Of a DNA stretch of 45,228 nt, positions 1 through 12,549 are shown in pieces (position 1 is the first letter of the stretch; every line of letters begins with the position of its first letter). The position numbers were made by a program, and so were the translations under genes. Source of the stretch: Guillardia theta CCMP2712 (Eukaryota > Protista > Cryptophyta); NCBI RefSeq assembly GCF_000315625.1, contig NW_005434581.1, positions 202,211 through 247,438 of the forward strand, written 5' to 3'. The notes beneath the pieces were generated by a model. That model had not been told where the DNA came from, did no database searches, and saw nothing but the letters and a program-made list of their open reading frames with translations.

Positions 1-190
1 CGTCGTTAGGTCGACCAATGAGGAGGAGGAGGAGGAGGAGGAGGAGGAGGAGAAATAGCAGAAAAAAAGGAAGAGCACCTGCAGCATTACGAGTAGTCAG
101 GAGAGGAATAGTGAGAGGGAGAGGAGGAAGGGGTGGTGGGAGACGGGCAGGCAGGCAGGCAGGCTTGTTAACGATCTCCTTCCTCTTGCG

Positions 191-865
191 TCACCTGTAG
201 CCGCAGTTGTTGTGCCCTGGCGTGAGAAATTCGTCCGACTCGATTTGAACCTGAGGAAACATGTCAGAGGAGCCTTTCCCTCCCATCGCCTCCCCTCCTC
301 TCCTCTCCTCTCCTCTCCTCTCCTCTCCTCTCCTCTCCTCTCCTCTCCTTTCCTCTCCTCTCCTCCTTGCTCTCTGTCTCTCAGACCTTGGAGCCCTCGG
401 GGATCGGGAACGAGAAGGAGTGGTGAGGAAACTTGTCATCGTCCGTAGTTACAGCAGCATTGACGAACACCTGCTGGAACTTTGAGAGGAGGGCTGGGCA
501 AGGATCGTTTCTCACGCAGCACTGATGCTCCTCGTAGGGGATCAGATCCCGCGATGTACCCTGACAGGTGTGACAGGAGAAGACACTGAAGGGAAGGGGA
601 GGGGAGGGAGGAAGGAAGCAGGAGGGGGCGGGATGAGGTGGGAGGGGATGGGAAGGGAGGGGAGCAATGTGAAGGAAGGGGAGGAGGAAGGGAGAGAGAA
701 GCGAAGCTGGGAGGGGAAGGAGGAAGGAGGAAGGAGGAAGGAGGAAGGAGGAAGGAGGAAGGAGGAAGGAGCCAGCGCTTTTCACCTTGTGATCTAACGT
801 ATGCCAAGGCCCATCCAAACTCTGTGAAGCTTCAAGTACCCATCTGAAACAAGACAAGTCAAAAT

Positions 866-938
<73 letters not shown>

Positions 939-1114
939 CCCTTTCCGCTCCAGATTCTTACCCCGTCATGCATGCAGCGAAAGTCCCTCCGCCGTTTCGG
1001 AGAGTGTAGTGGAGAGGTCGGAGTTGGAAGTTAGGGCCCTTCAACAAGAATCAGGAAAGAGCAGGAGAGAGCACGTGATGATGATGATGATGATGGTGAT
1101 GGTGATGGTGATGG

Positions 1115-1146
<32 letters not shown>

Positions 1147-3076
1147 CTGCTGCTGGTGATGGTGATGATGATGGTGATGGTGATGGTGATGGTGATGGTG
1201 ATGGTGATGGTGATGGTGGATGGTTATGGTGATGGTTATGGTGATGGTTATGGTTATGGTGATGGTGATGGTGATGGTGATGGTGATGGTGATGGTGATG
1301 GTGATGAGGAAGAGCAGAGGAAGCGGGCGATGGGATCGGGAACAGGAAGCAGAAGCAAGAGCAGATTTTGAAGGAGCAGGAGCAGGAGCGGAAGGAGGAG
1401 AGGACCAGTTCAAGGATGAACCATCCATCTGGGAAAAAAGCAGCACCGATGACCTCCTTCCTGCTGATGGTGTCATGGAGGATCTTATTGATTGTTGTTT
1501 TACCTGTCAATGGCAAGCTCCTTTGCAAGAACAACATCGAAGTTCTCTAGGTCATAATACTGACAGACACAAGAAAAGTCAGGACAACAAATACAGAATT
1601 CCTCTGAAGTCGTGATCTCTGGAGATACAGCAATCTCATTCGAAACCATCTACGTAAATTATCCAAACATCTCTCGGGCCCAGTCTCTGTATGTTGCTAG
1701 AGCTATCAACATCATTCGTTCACCTGATATCCCCTTTCTCCGCAGTGTATTCTGACCAGTCCTGCACTCCCTGCATGACTTGCTGTCAGGTGTCTCAGTT
1801 GTACAAGCCAAACTCAACCTGGATTGATCCATGGGATATCGGGTGGAGCTCCACTGTGCATGGCCGCCTGTTTGTAAACATCACCACGTTGACAGTATGG
1901 CGGATGATGATGATGGTGTTGGTATTAGTTGTGGTTGTGGTTGTGATAATGATGATGATGATGATGACGACGACGACGACGACGACGACGACGATAACGC
2001 TTTTGGTGATAATGGTGAAACGATGATTGTAATGGTGAATGTAATGGTGATGGTGGTGAGGTTTGTTTGTCTGAACTTACCATCCTTCCCAAGACCCACA
2101 GCACCCCGTTGTTGTCCCAATCACTCTGATAATGACATTGTATGATCTGACCTGAGATTTCACGATGTCATGGTTGAGATCCAAGGAAAGGTTCGAACAC
2201 AACCGAACAAACAATGTGAAATGCAAGATACATTGAGGAGAAACAGCAGTGAAAGACACACCAACACAAGTCGTCAGCTCACCAGAAGCCTCTGACCCTC
2301 CTCGCAACTTCAGACTTTTTCGATTTACAGATTCTTGTTTCTTCAAACCTTCACTTTCCATTCCCGGCCATGTGGATACGCAAGTGCCCAGCGCCGATCC
2401 GGGTCTGCAGAGCTTCCCGCCATGCTCCTTTTCGGCGGAGACATCTTCTGCGTGTGTGTCTTCCGGTCGCTTCAGGGATGGCAGGTGCATGCATGCCAGT
2501 GGCTCTCCTGTGCGCATGGGCGGCGGAAGCACGCGCGGTGCGTGTAATGGCTCAGCGCACGTGTCCGTCTGCGAGCACAATGAAGCAGCAAGGAGGAGGA
2601 CGACGATGCTTCTCCTGCTCCATCTTTCTCCTGTAGATCCGCTGAAGCATGGAATCATGCTGTATTTGCTCTACGTGAACCGATTCCACCTTCAACTACG
2701 GGATCCAACAGTCCCAGGGCACAGTCCGGTTGCGACTACTCAAAATGCCGTGCGAGCGTCTGTGAAAACCTCTGCACGTCCTCGTCTCATCTTCGGCAAG
2801 ATTGTTTAGAGCAAGACAAACAGAAACTCGTCCAGTAGGAGGCAAAACCAGCCTACCACTCCCCGGATCCCACGACCAAAACCTGGCAGGGCTGCGCGCC
2901 CAGCGCCGCTGCGACGACTCTTTGTGCTCCTGGGGCCCCTGTGAGAGGAGCTGAGCAAGAGACAATCTCAGTTGAATGTCTTCCTCTCCTTCTTCCTCCT
3001 CTCTGTCCTCCTCATGCTCCTCCTCCTCTCTGTCAAGCTCGTGCCTGAGATTTCTCCTGCATTGCGGCCGGACCAC
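191..3076 (-). CDS. Multi-exon hypothetical protein, probably running off the left edge; possible F5/8-type-C (discoidin-like) segment
   Basis: Coding-like minus-strand blocks between microsatellite introns: RRSIVVLLLAASLCSQ (hydrophobic, ~2570-2615), TINKILHDTISRKEVIGAAFFPDGWFILEL (~1405-1500), WVLEASQSLDGPWHTLDHK (~787-843), DLIPYEEHQCCVRNDPCP... (~385-560), MFPQVQIESDEFLTPGHNNCGY (~197-262). Both ends uncertain. Confidence 0.4.
295..365. repeat. (CTCCT)n microsatellite, intronic
   Basis: Visible tandem pentamer. Confidence 0.95.
866..940. repeat. (CTCCTG)n microsatellite
   Basis: Visible tandem hexamer. Confidence 0.95.
1075..1306. repeat. Compound (GAT)n/(GATGGT)n microsatellite
   Basis: Visible tandem repeats; they generate spurious poly-M/V/H ORFs. 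Confidence 0.95.
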
Positions 3077-3676
3077 TGGATTGGACCAACATCACCCTCA
3101 CCCCTGAAACAATTAGATGAATAGTTTAGTTATTTAATTTTCCATATCTATATTGTCTATGTATTTTACTTATCATATTATTTCTCGTGGGGGTGGTAGC
3201 TCACGACAAAAACGGGACAGTGGGGTGGTTTGTTCACCGGTGCTTTGCTCAAGATTTGAGACCTATATCATAGGGGTACTTATGATAACGGTTGGGGTAG
3301 TCATTTGGGTGGGTGGGTAGTCTGCGAACAGCCGCGATGGCGAGAGTCTACGGCACCAGCGAAGGTAAGAGAGGGGGAGGGGGAGGGACGAGGAGGACGA
3401 GGAGGAGGGAGGGATGCGATAGAAATGGGGACGAGCGAATCCAGATGGAAGAAGATGCAAGCAGGGTTCGTGCAATTATCAGGGAAAAGGGAGGAAGCTC
3501 CGACTGTATAGTCGGACGCAGTCGCTGGATGCTCGTTGACTGAGATCGTTCTGTTGCTGGTTGTTGGTCACACGAAAGATTGCGCCGAATGGCATGTGTA
3601 GAAGCAAGAGGAGCAAGAAGATTGGAAGACATGTCGATAGTTATGATCCATTTTGATCGCCCAAGATTATTGGAAA

Positions 3677-3701
3677 GGGGGGGGGGGGGGGGGGGGGGGG
3701 G
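3677..3701 (+). repeat. G25 homopolymer
   Basis: Run of 25 G. Confidence 0.95.
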
Positions 3702-3709
3702 ACGTGACA

Positions 3710-6212
3710 ATGAGGATGGGAAGTGAGGCGCGAGGAGCATACAGGAGGAAGAGGCTAGTCTGAGTTTGCAAGTGACGGGTCAACGCTCTTGTCCTCTCTT
3801 TTATTCTCATCGTTTCAACGCAGGGGTGCCTCGGAGGCGAGAGCATGGCGCAAGGAACCTTGCTCCTGTGCTCGCCGTTGCTGCCGGGCTCCTCGTCGCT
3901 GTCTATGTTGCAGGAGGAGGGAGGAGGAGAGTGGAGCTGGATACCATCCCTCCTGCTGTCCAAGATCTGGAGAAGAAGATCCAGATGGAGGACCTGAAGG
4001 GATGGTGCGTTACAGCCTCTGGGTATTCTTGTATTTGATCAAGGGCTCTGGCAGGTTGAACCAGGCTTACGAGAACGGGCAAGCAAGCAAGCCTCTACAC
4101 CCCCTCGGAGATCTCGACCCGTTCACTCATGAACCCATGAGCGCCGACAATCCAGAAGCTGCTGTGAGGAACGCCAAGACTAAGTACATCATGAACACTG
4201 TGTACCAGGTTGCTGCCTGATCAGATCTGATGTTGCGTAAGACGATTGCATAGAATGCGCAGCAGGATATGGCGAAGGCTCAACAGGATGCCAGGGACTA
4301 TGTGGGAACTGATGCTGGGTGAGCAGAAACTCGTTCCCTGTCGACTTGACCTGACGATGCCTTCAGGTGCACCCATCACGACATCAATCAGACCGACTAT
4401 GCTGGTCAGATCGCTGACGCCGTGTCGGGGGTGACGTGCATGGCCTGGGCTGATGCCAGCAGGTTCACCTTTGACTGCTAGGACGATATTTCCTCGCTGA
4501 TGTTCCCTTGACAGTATGCCTTATCCCTTCAACGAGACCAGCCCCGACGTCTATCCCGACCTCTCGCAGGTTTTGCCTTGCCGCTGACGTGGCCCAATGT
4601 CCTGCTTATCTTGCGGCATCAGAACTTCTGCCGCAACCCAGGGGCTCAGAAGATGGCAGCATGGTGCTGGTTGAGGTGAAGCGAAATGATTTTTTTTGCA
4701 TTTCATTTTTGTTGCTTCCACCCCGCCGGCCCCTCCCTCCCTCCTTTTCCCACTCGTCCTCCTCCCTTTTCCTCTCTTCTTCATCGCTTTTGCCGCCTCC
4801 CGGTTGATATATCTTCATCTTGATTTGACGTTCCTCTCCGCCAGTACCCTCAAGACTGCGATCGACAACGGACAGAATGTCTCGGGTGAGAGTTGTTGCT
4901 TTCCTGTTGCCCCTGTCTTGCCCTGACTGTCTGAGGACTTAGATGAAGAAGGAGTATCTTGGGAATACTGCGATATCGGGTCTCGATGCGGAGTATGCTC
5001 ATGACGCTCAGCCTGTTAATTCTTGGCTGACAAGAGTTACAAGGTTGATGTTCCGATCTTGCACGCTGTCAACAGGAATCAGGTCAAGACATGTCACTGC
5101 TTGTTGATTTCACGTCTGATCAGACTTCAGGCCCTATCCTCTCCTTCTCTCAAGAAGGTCACTTCGCTAGCGTCGCGTCAGGTACTTTTGGTGCCTTTCT
5201 CCCCTCACTCGCTGAGATCAACTTGAAAGACTCCCGCAAGCAACAGCATGCAGCTTGCCCACAAGCACAAGGTCCTTTCTACCTTTCTCGCTCCTCTTCC
5301 TCTTCCTCTCCTCTTCCACTGACTGTGCCCTGCAGATTCAGTCGCTCTCTTCTCATACACACTTAGCCCATCCCTCGAGAGAAGGCAACGTACTTCTCTC
5401 GTCCTGGCACTCGCTGAACTAGCTCTGCAGAGGGATCCGGCTTGCATCATCTGCACATGGCCCGCAAGCACAAGCACAGGTGAGAATAGAGGCACATGAT
5501 GCTTTCTTTGATGCTGAAAGTTGTGCAGGCGTGCAACGATTAAACAACAGTTGGCATACATGGTGGAGGTTCCCCTTTGACGTCTAGTCTCTTTTTCCTC
5601 ACTTTCTTCGCAGCAACACTAGGTGGCGGTGAGCTGGCATGTGCGAGAATCCATTGACTTTGTACGCCCGAGCTTTGGACGAAAATGTTGTATAGAAACA
5701 GAGGATTGTAGTTGATAGCGGGGGGATGGGATGGTATCGAAACATAAACAACATGTTGTTGGATCGTGCTGTTGCTCAATACCAAACGGAACTTTACGAC
5801 ACGGAAGCAAGTGCAGCGAACGGGGTGACGTCAGAACATTGTAGTTTGCAGAAACGTTCAGCGCATTTAATTTTCAATCTCACAGCTACAGTAGGCCGTC
5901 GAGCAACCGTGTTCAAGAAGCAGTTGAATCCTGTGAAGACGTTTTAATCTTGTTAAACAATGTGACTTCTATCTACCCAGCATTGCTAAAGTGGCAGCTT
6001 AATAATCCAAGGCGGTGGCAAACTTGACATCGCCGGAGAAGAGCTTGGCGATGCAGTACTTGACCTCACCTGCTCACCCGTTATTCCCCATCAACCTCTT
6101 CCCTCTCCTCTTGGTCTAACCCTCAGTCACAAAGGAGGCCGCGCAGTAGTCAAGCGCGAACACCTTCTGGGCACGAGTAGCGTGGGAGTCAGAGCGCATG
6201 AAAAGCTTCTGA
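3710..6212 (+). CDS. Multi-exon hypothetical protein with an N-terminal membrane anchor
   Basis: Exons join in frame across short GT-AG introns: ...NLAPVLAVAAGLLVAVYVAGG...MEDLKGW|LNQAYENGQ...IMNTVYQ|NAQQDMAKAQQDARDYVGT...; probable stop TGA at 6210-6212. Start uncertain; no family recognised. Confidence 0.5.
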
Positions 6213-7872
6213 TTTCGCTGCTTGGAGAACATTTCTGCAAGGAACTGTCAGTCTTCTCGTGCCCACCATATCATATCCACCATCCTGTCCTACATTCTAT
6301 CATCATGATGAGCTAAAAACCCCCTACCTGCCTGTTTCTAGAAGTGTTTCTGAATGTTTTAGTTCAAATCACGAAGGGTCACATCACATTTACGCAATCA
6401 TAAGTGCCCCAAATTGACGTGTTTGACGTCAAGTTCATCATTACATGAGTCGACAAACATTTCGAACAATTCCATTGTCTCATTTCGGGCCATCGTCAGC
6501 TAGACCATCCAAACCATGGTGTATCAACGAGGAGAATGATGATGTCACCAGTCGAAAATCACCATCGTTCAAAAAACCAAAACAACAGCAGAATCCATTT
6601 CAAAGCTTCAAAGTAAACCAGCATAACAACATTTTCATATCCGCGCTCTATGTGTCACGAAGAGAATAACAGCAGATGACAGGTTACATCAACAGTGACA
6701 TTCCTTGAACAATGTTTAGGGAATAGGTTCAGGTAAGTATTGTTCACTTGAGTGCACACACAAGGATAAAACAATGCTCATAATGTGAGTCACAAGCAAT
6801 GGATTGTTTCCCTCCATCATAACAACGCACTCATATCCACACAAGGTGTCGTTTCATTCGGCAGCATGAACTCAATGTAAGATTTGATTTTGTCACAAGA
6901 TTCTCTGTTCCTGTTCTGGCTTCCAAACTTGTCTCATCACTTCCTCGCACTCATTGAATCGTTTCATCTTCCTTGCCTCCCCACCATCCCTCCTCCTCAA
7001 GCTCCCGACACTCTCCTCCTCCCCTCTCGTTGCATGCCTGCTGGCGTAGGCGGCTGTTCAGAGGCGTCTGTATGAGAGCCTTTAACCCTCACCCCCTCCT
7101 CCTCCCCCTATCCAGTGGACTATCGGGGGGTAGGGTCTCAATTTTTTAGGAAGAGCCATGCGAAGAGGCATCTTCATTACTCAATTTCTGAAAGTACCCT
7201 ACCCCTATCGTGTACTTCAAGCATCAAAATTGACCCCCTCATGTTACTATCAAATGTAGGGTGAATATGACCTTCTTACCACCCCTCACCCCCACTACTC
7301 TCTTGACCCCTCGCGAAACCGAGGACCCCGAACCGAACCCTACCAACATCGAGGACCCTACCCCTCACTCGGAATGCCATATCAATACAGTAGGGTAGCG
7401 GAATGTGAACAACACAGGGGTGGCGGTGAACTCTTGCTTTGATCAACACCAAAGGGTGAACATTCCTCGTATACGAGACTAAGAGAAAAAGCCTATCCTC
7501 TCTGATGTGCTGTTTACAGTCAGGGTCATAAATATCCACCCTTGGTAGGGTGGTATTTCATTCCTGAGGCGGGGTGCGGCAGGAATGGGTGGGGTGTAAC
7601 AAACGTGTAGACATCTACTATAGAAATTCGGGGTGGTGAGATATTAGAGGGGTGGTACTATGCGGAGGCACAGGGTAGAGACTAAGAGACTATATATTGA
7701 GATCCAATTATATTATTTCGACCATATGAGGTCAAGGTATTTTCAAGGTGAAGTGAGGCAATTGGATCGGCCGGGGCCCGGCCCGGAGCCCCAGAGGGTT
7801 CGTTAAGTAATGTTCTGCAGAAGGATTTATGACAAGTTCTGTATAGAGAACATTTTTCCCTTACAAGGTGTA

Positions 7873-9406
7873 ATGACGGCGCTGCGAGCGACGATTCTAG
7901 CAGCTCTCATGGCAGGAGGGGGAGCCTTCAGCCTGAGCATGAAGCCTCCTTCCATCATGGTCTCTCCTTCTTCATCAGCAGCAGTTGCTCGCTGCTCAAG
8001 CACCTCCAAGGTCGGATCCTCGACCAAGCCTACCTCCCTCTCCACGTGGACGCGGACAGGATCCCAAGGAGGGAGGGGAAGAACTATGGGGCCACTCTTC
8101 ATGTCTTCGGGCAGCAAGGGAGGAGAAAATCAGCTTGCTCAGCTGGCGAGCATGACAACTTTGTCTGTGGACACGGGGGACTTAAAACTTATCAAGGAAC
8201 TTGCTTCTACAGGATACATCACCGACGCTACCACGAACCCGCTCTTCGGTACAAGTCTGTTGCAAGTAGCGTGCTCGTGACATTTTTGTCTGCAGTCAGC
8301 CAGGCTGGTCTCAGTGGCGATCCCACGTACATTGCGTTTGTTGACGAGGCCGTCGCGTACGCCAAGAAGAAGCTCGGTACCTCCCAAGGTGCCGAAGTCG
8401 TAGAACTCGCCATGGATCGCCTTGCGGTGAATCTTGGCAAGGAGATTTCCAAGCTCGTCAAGGGCTACGTTAGCACTGAGGTCGATCCGAGGCTCAGCTT
8501 CGACGTGCAGGAGAGCCTGCGCCGTGCCCGCAGGATAATCAAGATGTACGAGGAGGAGGGCGTGCCCAAGTCCCGCATTCTCATCAAGTTGGCCGCGACG
8601 TGGGAAGGGATCCTTGCAGCTGAGGAGCTGCAGAAGGAGGGGATCAACTGCAACCTCACGTTGATCTTCGGGATGGTGCAGGCGGTCGCGGCTGCCCAGC
8701 GCGGCGCCAGACTCATCAGCCCCTTCACCGGGAGGATCCTAGACTGGCACAAGGTTGAGGCGAAGAAGGAGACGTGGGAGCCGTCGGAGGATCCTGGGGT
8801 CGTGGAGTGCACGAGGATGTACAATTACTACAAGAAGTACGGGCATGATACCATCTGCATGCCTGCCTCCTGGCGACCCTCCCGTGGTACCCCAGCGCCT
8901 TCTGCATTGTGCGATTGAGAGGATTTGACTCTGTGATGGGAAACAGGCAAAGGATACGAGCTCGACGAGATCAGGGAGCTTGCTGGCACTGACAGGATGA
9001 CGATCCCCCCTAACTTCCTCAAGATGCTTGCGGAAAGCACCGATCCTCTGCCTAGGAAGCTTGACCCTGCCTCTGCTGTGCTGAGACTTTTCTGGAAGGA
9101 AGAGTGGGCTGACCTTTGATTGCAGGTGAAGAACTGCAAGGATGCAGAGTTTGGAGGAGGAAAACTGCAGGAGAAGGAGTTCCGCTTCCTGCTGTGAGAC
9201 GAGAATGGAATCGCTGCAAGCATGATGTAACTTTTGCGCATAACAGGAACCAGGATGGTTGTGCAACAGAGAAGATGTGTCAGGTTTGTCTTGAAATGTT
9301 TGTTGCTCATGGTATCACTGATTCGTTGTTGTCCCGTCAGGGCATCAGAGCCTTCGTCGCCGACACGGAGAAGCTAGAAGCTGCTATGAAGTCGAAACTC
9401 AACTAA
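7873..9406 (+). CDS. TAL: Transaldolase, probably plastid-targeted (6 exons)
   Basis: Motifs SVDTGD, DATTNP, VSTEVDPRLS, RILIKLAATWEGI (Schiff-base Lys), INCNLTLIF, ISPFTGRILDW, MPASWR, LAGTDRMTIPP. Introns ~8249-8295, 8887-8946, 9078-9125, 9194-9246, 9284-9340 restore the frame. Leader MTALRATILAALMAGGGA-F followed by a Ser/Thr-rich stretch. Confidence 0.96.
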
Positions 9407-9614
9407 GAAGAGCAGAGGAGAGAGAAGATACATGGGAGTTTCTTTCTTAGTCGTTTTATCGAATAATCTACACAACTTGCACCTATCTGATTTTGTAGCA
9501 GACATTCTCAGACTCGTTCGGAGTCCCTCCACGATCCAGACCCTCAAAACAAAGTTGAAAAACGTGCGCAAGGCAACAAAACTATCCCGAGTGACATGCT
9601 GCGAGCATCGTCAC

Positions 9615-9935
9615 TCACAACTGCAGCTCTTCCTGTTGGGTTGGCAGGAGGTTGTAGCGTTTCTTCAAGGTGACCCTTTGTTGCGAGAACTTGTCGTCAG
9701 GCGAGAAGCGAGCTGTGGAAATCAAGTTAACGCAAGGCACAAACTTTGAGGCGAGTAAGGGACAAGTCGAGATGAGAGCGAGGAGAGAAAAGGACGATCT
9801 CGAGATAAATCGAGAAGAGAGAGAATGCAGATCTTCACCTGGGTGCGCAGAAACTGTTGGATTGCCATCAGGGTCTTGCTTCTTGAGCGTGTACTGCCTC
9901 ATCCCTTGCTCGTTCAGGTAATAATAGAGATGCAT
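9615..9935 (-). CDS. NOP10: H/ACA snoRNP subunit Nop10 (2 exons: 9935-9839, 9712-9615)
   Basis: Spliced product [59 protein letters not shown]... contains the [14 protein letters not shown] Nop10 signature; GT-AG intron 9838-9713. Confidence 0.97.
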   Translation of the reverse strand: MHLYYYLNEQGMRQYTLKKQDPDGNPTVSAHPGEDLHSLSSRFISRSSFSLLALISTCPLLASKFVPCVNLISTARFSPDDKFSQQRVTLKKRYNLLPTQQEELQL

Positions 9936-10629
9936 TCTGTCTGTGAAGCTCTTGGTTGTTTGTGTGCAAAGTGCTGCCGATCGAAGTTTCAGTACACGAA
10001 GCATGTTCTGAAGAGTCACAAATTTGCACATAGCACGTATGACATGTCGTCATGTGTTTTCTCTCGCTCTTCCTCTCCTTGCCATTACAACAAGATCATC
10101 TCTCTTGCAAAGCTTATCCTTAGTCATCCTCCTCACATACAACTTCGGCCCCCCATCGAATCTCCCTCTGTCTTGACAATTCCATCAGGTGAGCAACAGG
10201 CCCTTGCTCAACCCGAGCTCAAGTTTAAGTTTCTCTTCTCCTGGCCCTGTCAGTTTGAAGGGTTTCGCTTCTTTCATTTCATTGTTCGCGTTTATCAACC
10301 TTCCTGTACCCTGAAAATCCGTCTACCGCACTCACATAATTCTCATTCCAATCTCAATCTTCCCCTCTCCCCTCTCGCCCCGCCCCTCTCCTTCTTGAAG
10401 CTGTTGCCATTCTCAGCCTTCTAGATATCCCAGCATCTTGCTCTCGTGATTGTGCTCGTGCTCCCATCTGCCTTCCCCCTCACCCCTTCCCCCTTCTCCC
10501 TTTTCCCTTCCCTCTTCCCTCCCTCCCACCATAGAACAACATCGCCCATTCTCACGTGCTCTACTGAATGGGTGACCCCACCCCAGAGACCTCTGACAAG
10601 GCTCTTCCGACCCACCCCTCTCGAGCGAG

Positions 10630-11480
10630 AGTGCCGGGCCGCGGCCGGGCCGGCCTCCGGCCGCCCGGCCGGCCCGCGGGCCCACCCAACGCGCGGCCCG
10701 GAGAACTTCAAGGCTTAATTTAGGTACGGTTTACAGTACTGGGCCTCACACGTGGCCGGTCACCGTGTTCACCAGTACAAGTTAAGCCTGGCAGCCCGGC
10801 CCGGCCTGGACACCGTAAGGCCCAGCCTACCGGGGCCCTCTCACTGGCCCCGGCCACGGCGGCGGTCGGACGGGGGCCGGCAGGGCAGCGGCACCCGTGA
10901 CCGTCGGCGTCCGATCCGATCGGCGGCGGAGTCACTGTACGGTAGGGGCCTTAGTACTGCCCGCGGCCAGGCACGCGGCGGCCAGAGGCCGGCTCCGAGT
11001 CGGAGCCTAACCTAGTCCGGTCCTGCCAGTACCGTAGTACGGTCACTGGCGGTATGCCCGGCCAGCCTACTAGGCTGGCCGGTTAGGCTAACCGTCGGCG
11101 AGCCCGGCCGGCGGCCGCTGAGCCGGGCCGCACCGTCGCACAGGGCCGGCGAGTCACCGTACTAGTGAGTGACTCACTGTCAGCCCCGGCCCGGCCGCCA
11201 GGGCACGCCGGTGACGGCGGCGATCATCACCTTCAAGCACGGTTCGAGGCCTGAGTCCGTGCGGCGGCGCCGGGCAGAGCCAACAAATCACTATGCCGTG
11301 ACCGTCCCCGGATTTTTTTTCCAGCTTCCCGCTCAGCGGCTGCGTGGCTGTCACGTGGCTCAGTGCCCCGGGCAGGCCTTCAACGGGGGCCGGATCCCCC
11401 GTGACTCATCCGATCAGTTCGTACGTCACTCAGAGGCTGACTCGGCCGTCACAAATAATCGGGCGGGGCACGTGAACGCA
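10630..11480. other. GC-rich intergenic block dense in short palindromes (CCGG, GGCC, GTAC) and GAGTC/GACTC, between divergent genes
   Basis: Sharp compositional change; similar blocks at ~15960-16490, 21460-22140, 33900-34130, 40670-41330. Confidence 0.6.
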
Positions 11481-11917
11481 TCCCTCCAGCTAACGGTCAC
11501 GAGCCTCTTTTGTTCTAGAAGTTTCTTCCACTAGCCTCACAATGCGGCTAGTTGGCTTTTTCGTTTTGACCCTCTTAAAACTAATCACTTGAACACCCTC
11601 CTGCCCGTCCTCAGCCTCGGACTTCTCCTGCTGCTCTGGCTGCTGCTGCTTCTTCTTCTTCCCAACCACACAACCACTTAGCCACCGCAGCAACTCATCT
11701 CACACAACCACCGCCTCCTCCTCAGGTCCTGCCCAACACTGCAGTCTCTCAGTCTACCAGCATCACTTCAAAACACAACCTCCTTCTCCCCGCTCCATCT
11801 TTTCCTCCTTATCCACCCCCAGCCCCGCCTCCTCCTCCACATCCTCCAGTTGCCGGGCTTTACAAAACGCAACGACTTCGACTCATCCTTGTCCTGCCGT
11901 CCTGATATATCGCCTAT

Positions 11918-12549
11918 ATGATGCTTTCCCCTCATACCCATCTCCCTCCCGATGATGACTTCTTCGATCCCTCCTCCCCCTGCGCCGACGCATGGCGTCA
12001 GTTCGGTCGTGACCTCCAGGACATGCTCGGTCGCAAGCCCGGCGGCTTCGCCCTCGTCGACGTCTCCAAGAGGCCCTCGCCCCCCCTCGTCTACCTCTCC
12101 GCTGAGATGACGAAGCTCCTGGGCCTCCGCTCGCCTCGCTCGTGGCTCGGGCAGCCCTGGAGCAGGCTGCTGCGGCTCTTGCCCGACGACCGGGAGGAGG
12201 AGGCGAGGATCGAGCGGGCGCTCTACGGCGAGGAGGAGGAGGAGGCAGCTGCCGCCTCGTACGCGCAGTGCGTGCGATGCGAGGGGGGGGGCGGGGAGAG
12301 GATGTGGGTGCACGTGTACGTGCAGTCGGGGGCGAGGCGGGGGGTGCCTTTCTCAGCGATGTCATGCTATGACGTGACGGAGCTGGTGGAGGGGGAGGGG
12401 GGCGGGTGGAGGGGGAAGGAGAGCTTGAGGAGGAGTCGAGGAGGGTACAGGAGGCGCAGGTGAGGACGGTAAGGGGGGCGATGGAGCTGCTGGAGGAGAG
12501 TGTGAGAAGGTGCATGGAGGTGGAAGAAGTTGAGGAGAGGAGAGGATAG
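11918..12549 (+). CDS. PAS-domain protein copy 1 (apparent -1 frameshift in G-run at 12397-12402)
   Basis: FALVDVSKRPSPPLVYLSAEMTKLLGL...WLGQPWSRLL...RMWVHVYV...SCYDVTE fits the PAS/PAC pattern. The coiled-coil tail GAMELLEESVRRCM is out of frame relative to copies 2 and 3. 5' end uncertain. Confidence 0.65.

Noticed and set aside
1009-1615. Poly-M/V/H/ITIT ORFs, and similar poly-EQ, poly-CS, ER and GEERR ORFs at 25.4, 28-30 and 43-44 kb
   Set aside because: Translations of intronic microsatellites open in several frames; not proteins.
10720-11534. Pro/Arg/Gly-rich ORFs in the GC islands (also 15.9-16.4, 21.5-21.9, 40.7-41.2 kb)
   Set aside because: Expected from stop-codon scarcity in GC-rich DNA; open on both strands; no motifs.
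11918-12463. Calling the PAS proteins LOV photoreceptors
   Set aside because: No GxNCRFLQ motif and no recognisable flavin-binding Asn/Gln residues.
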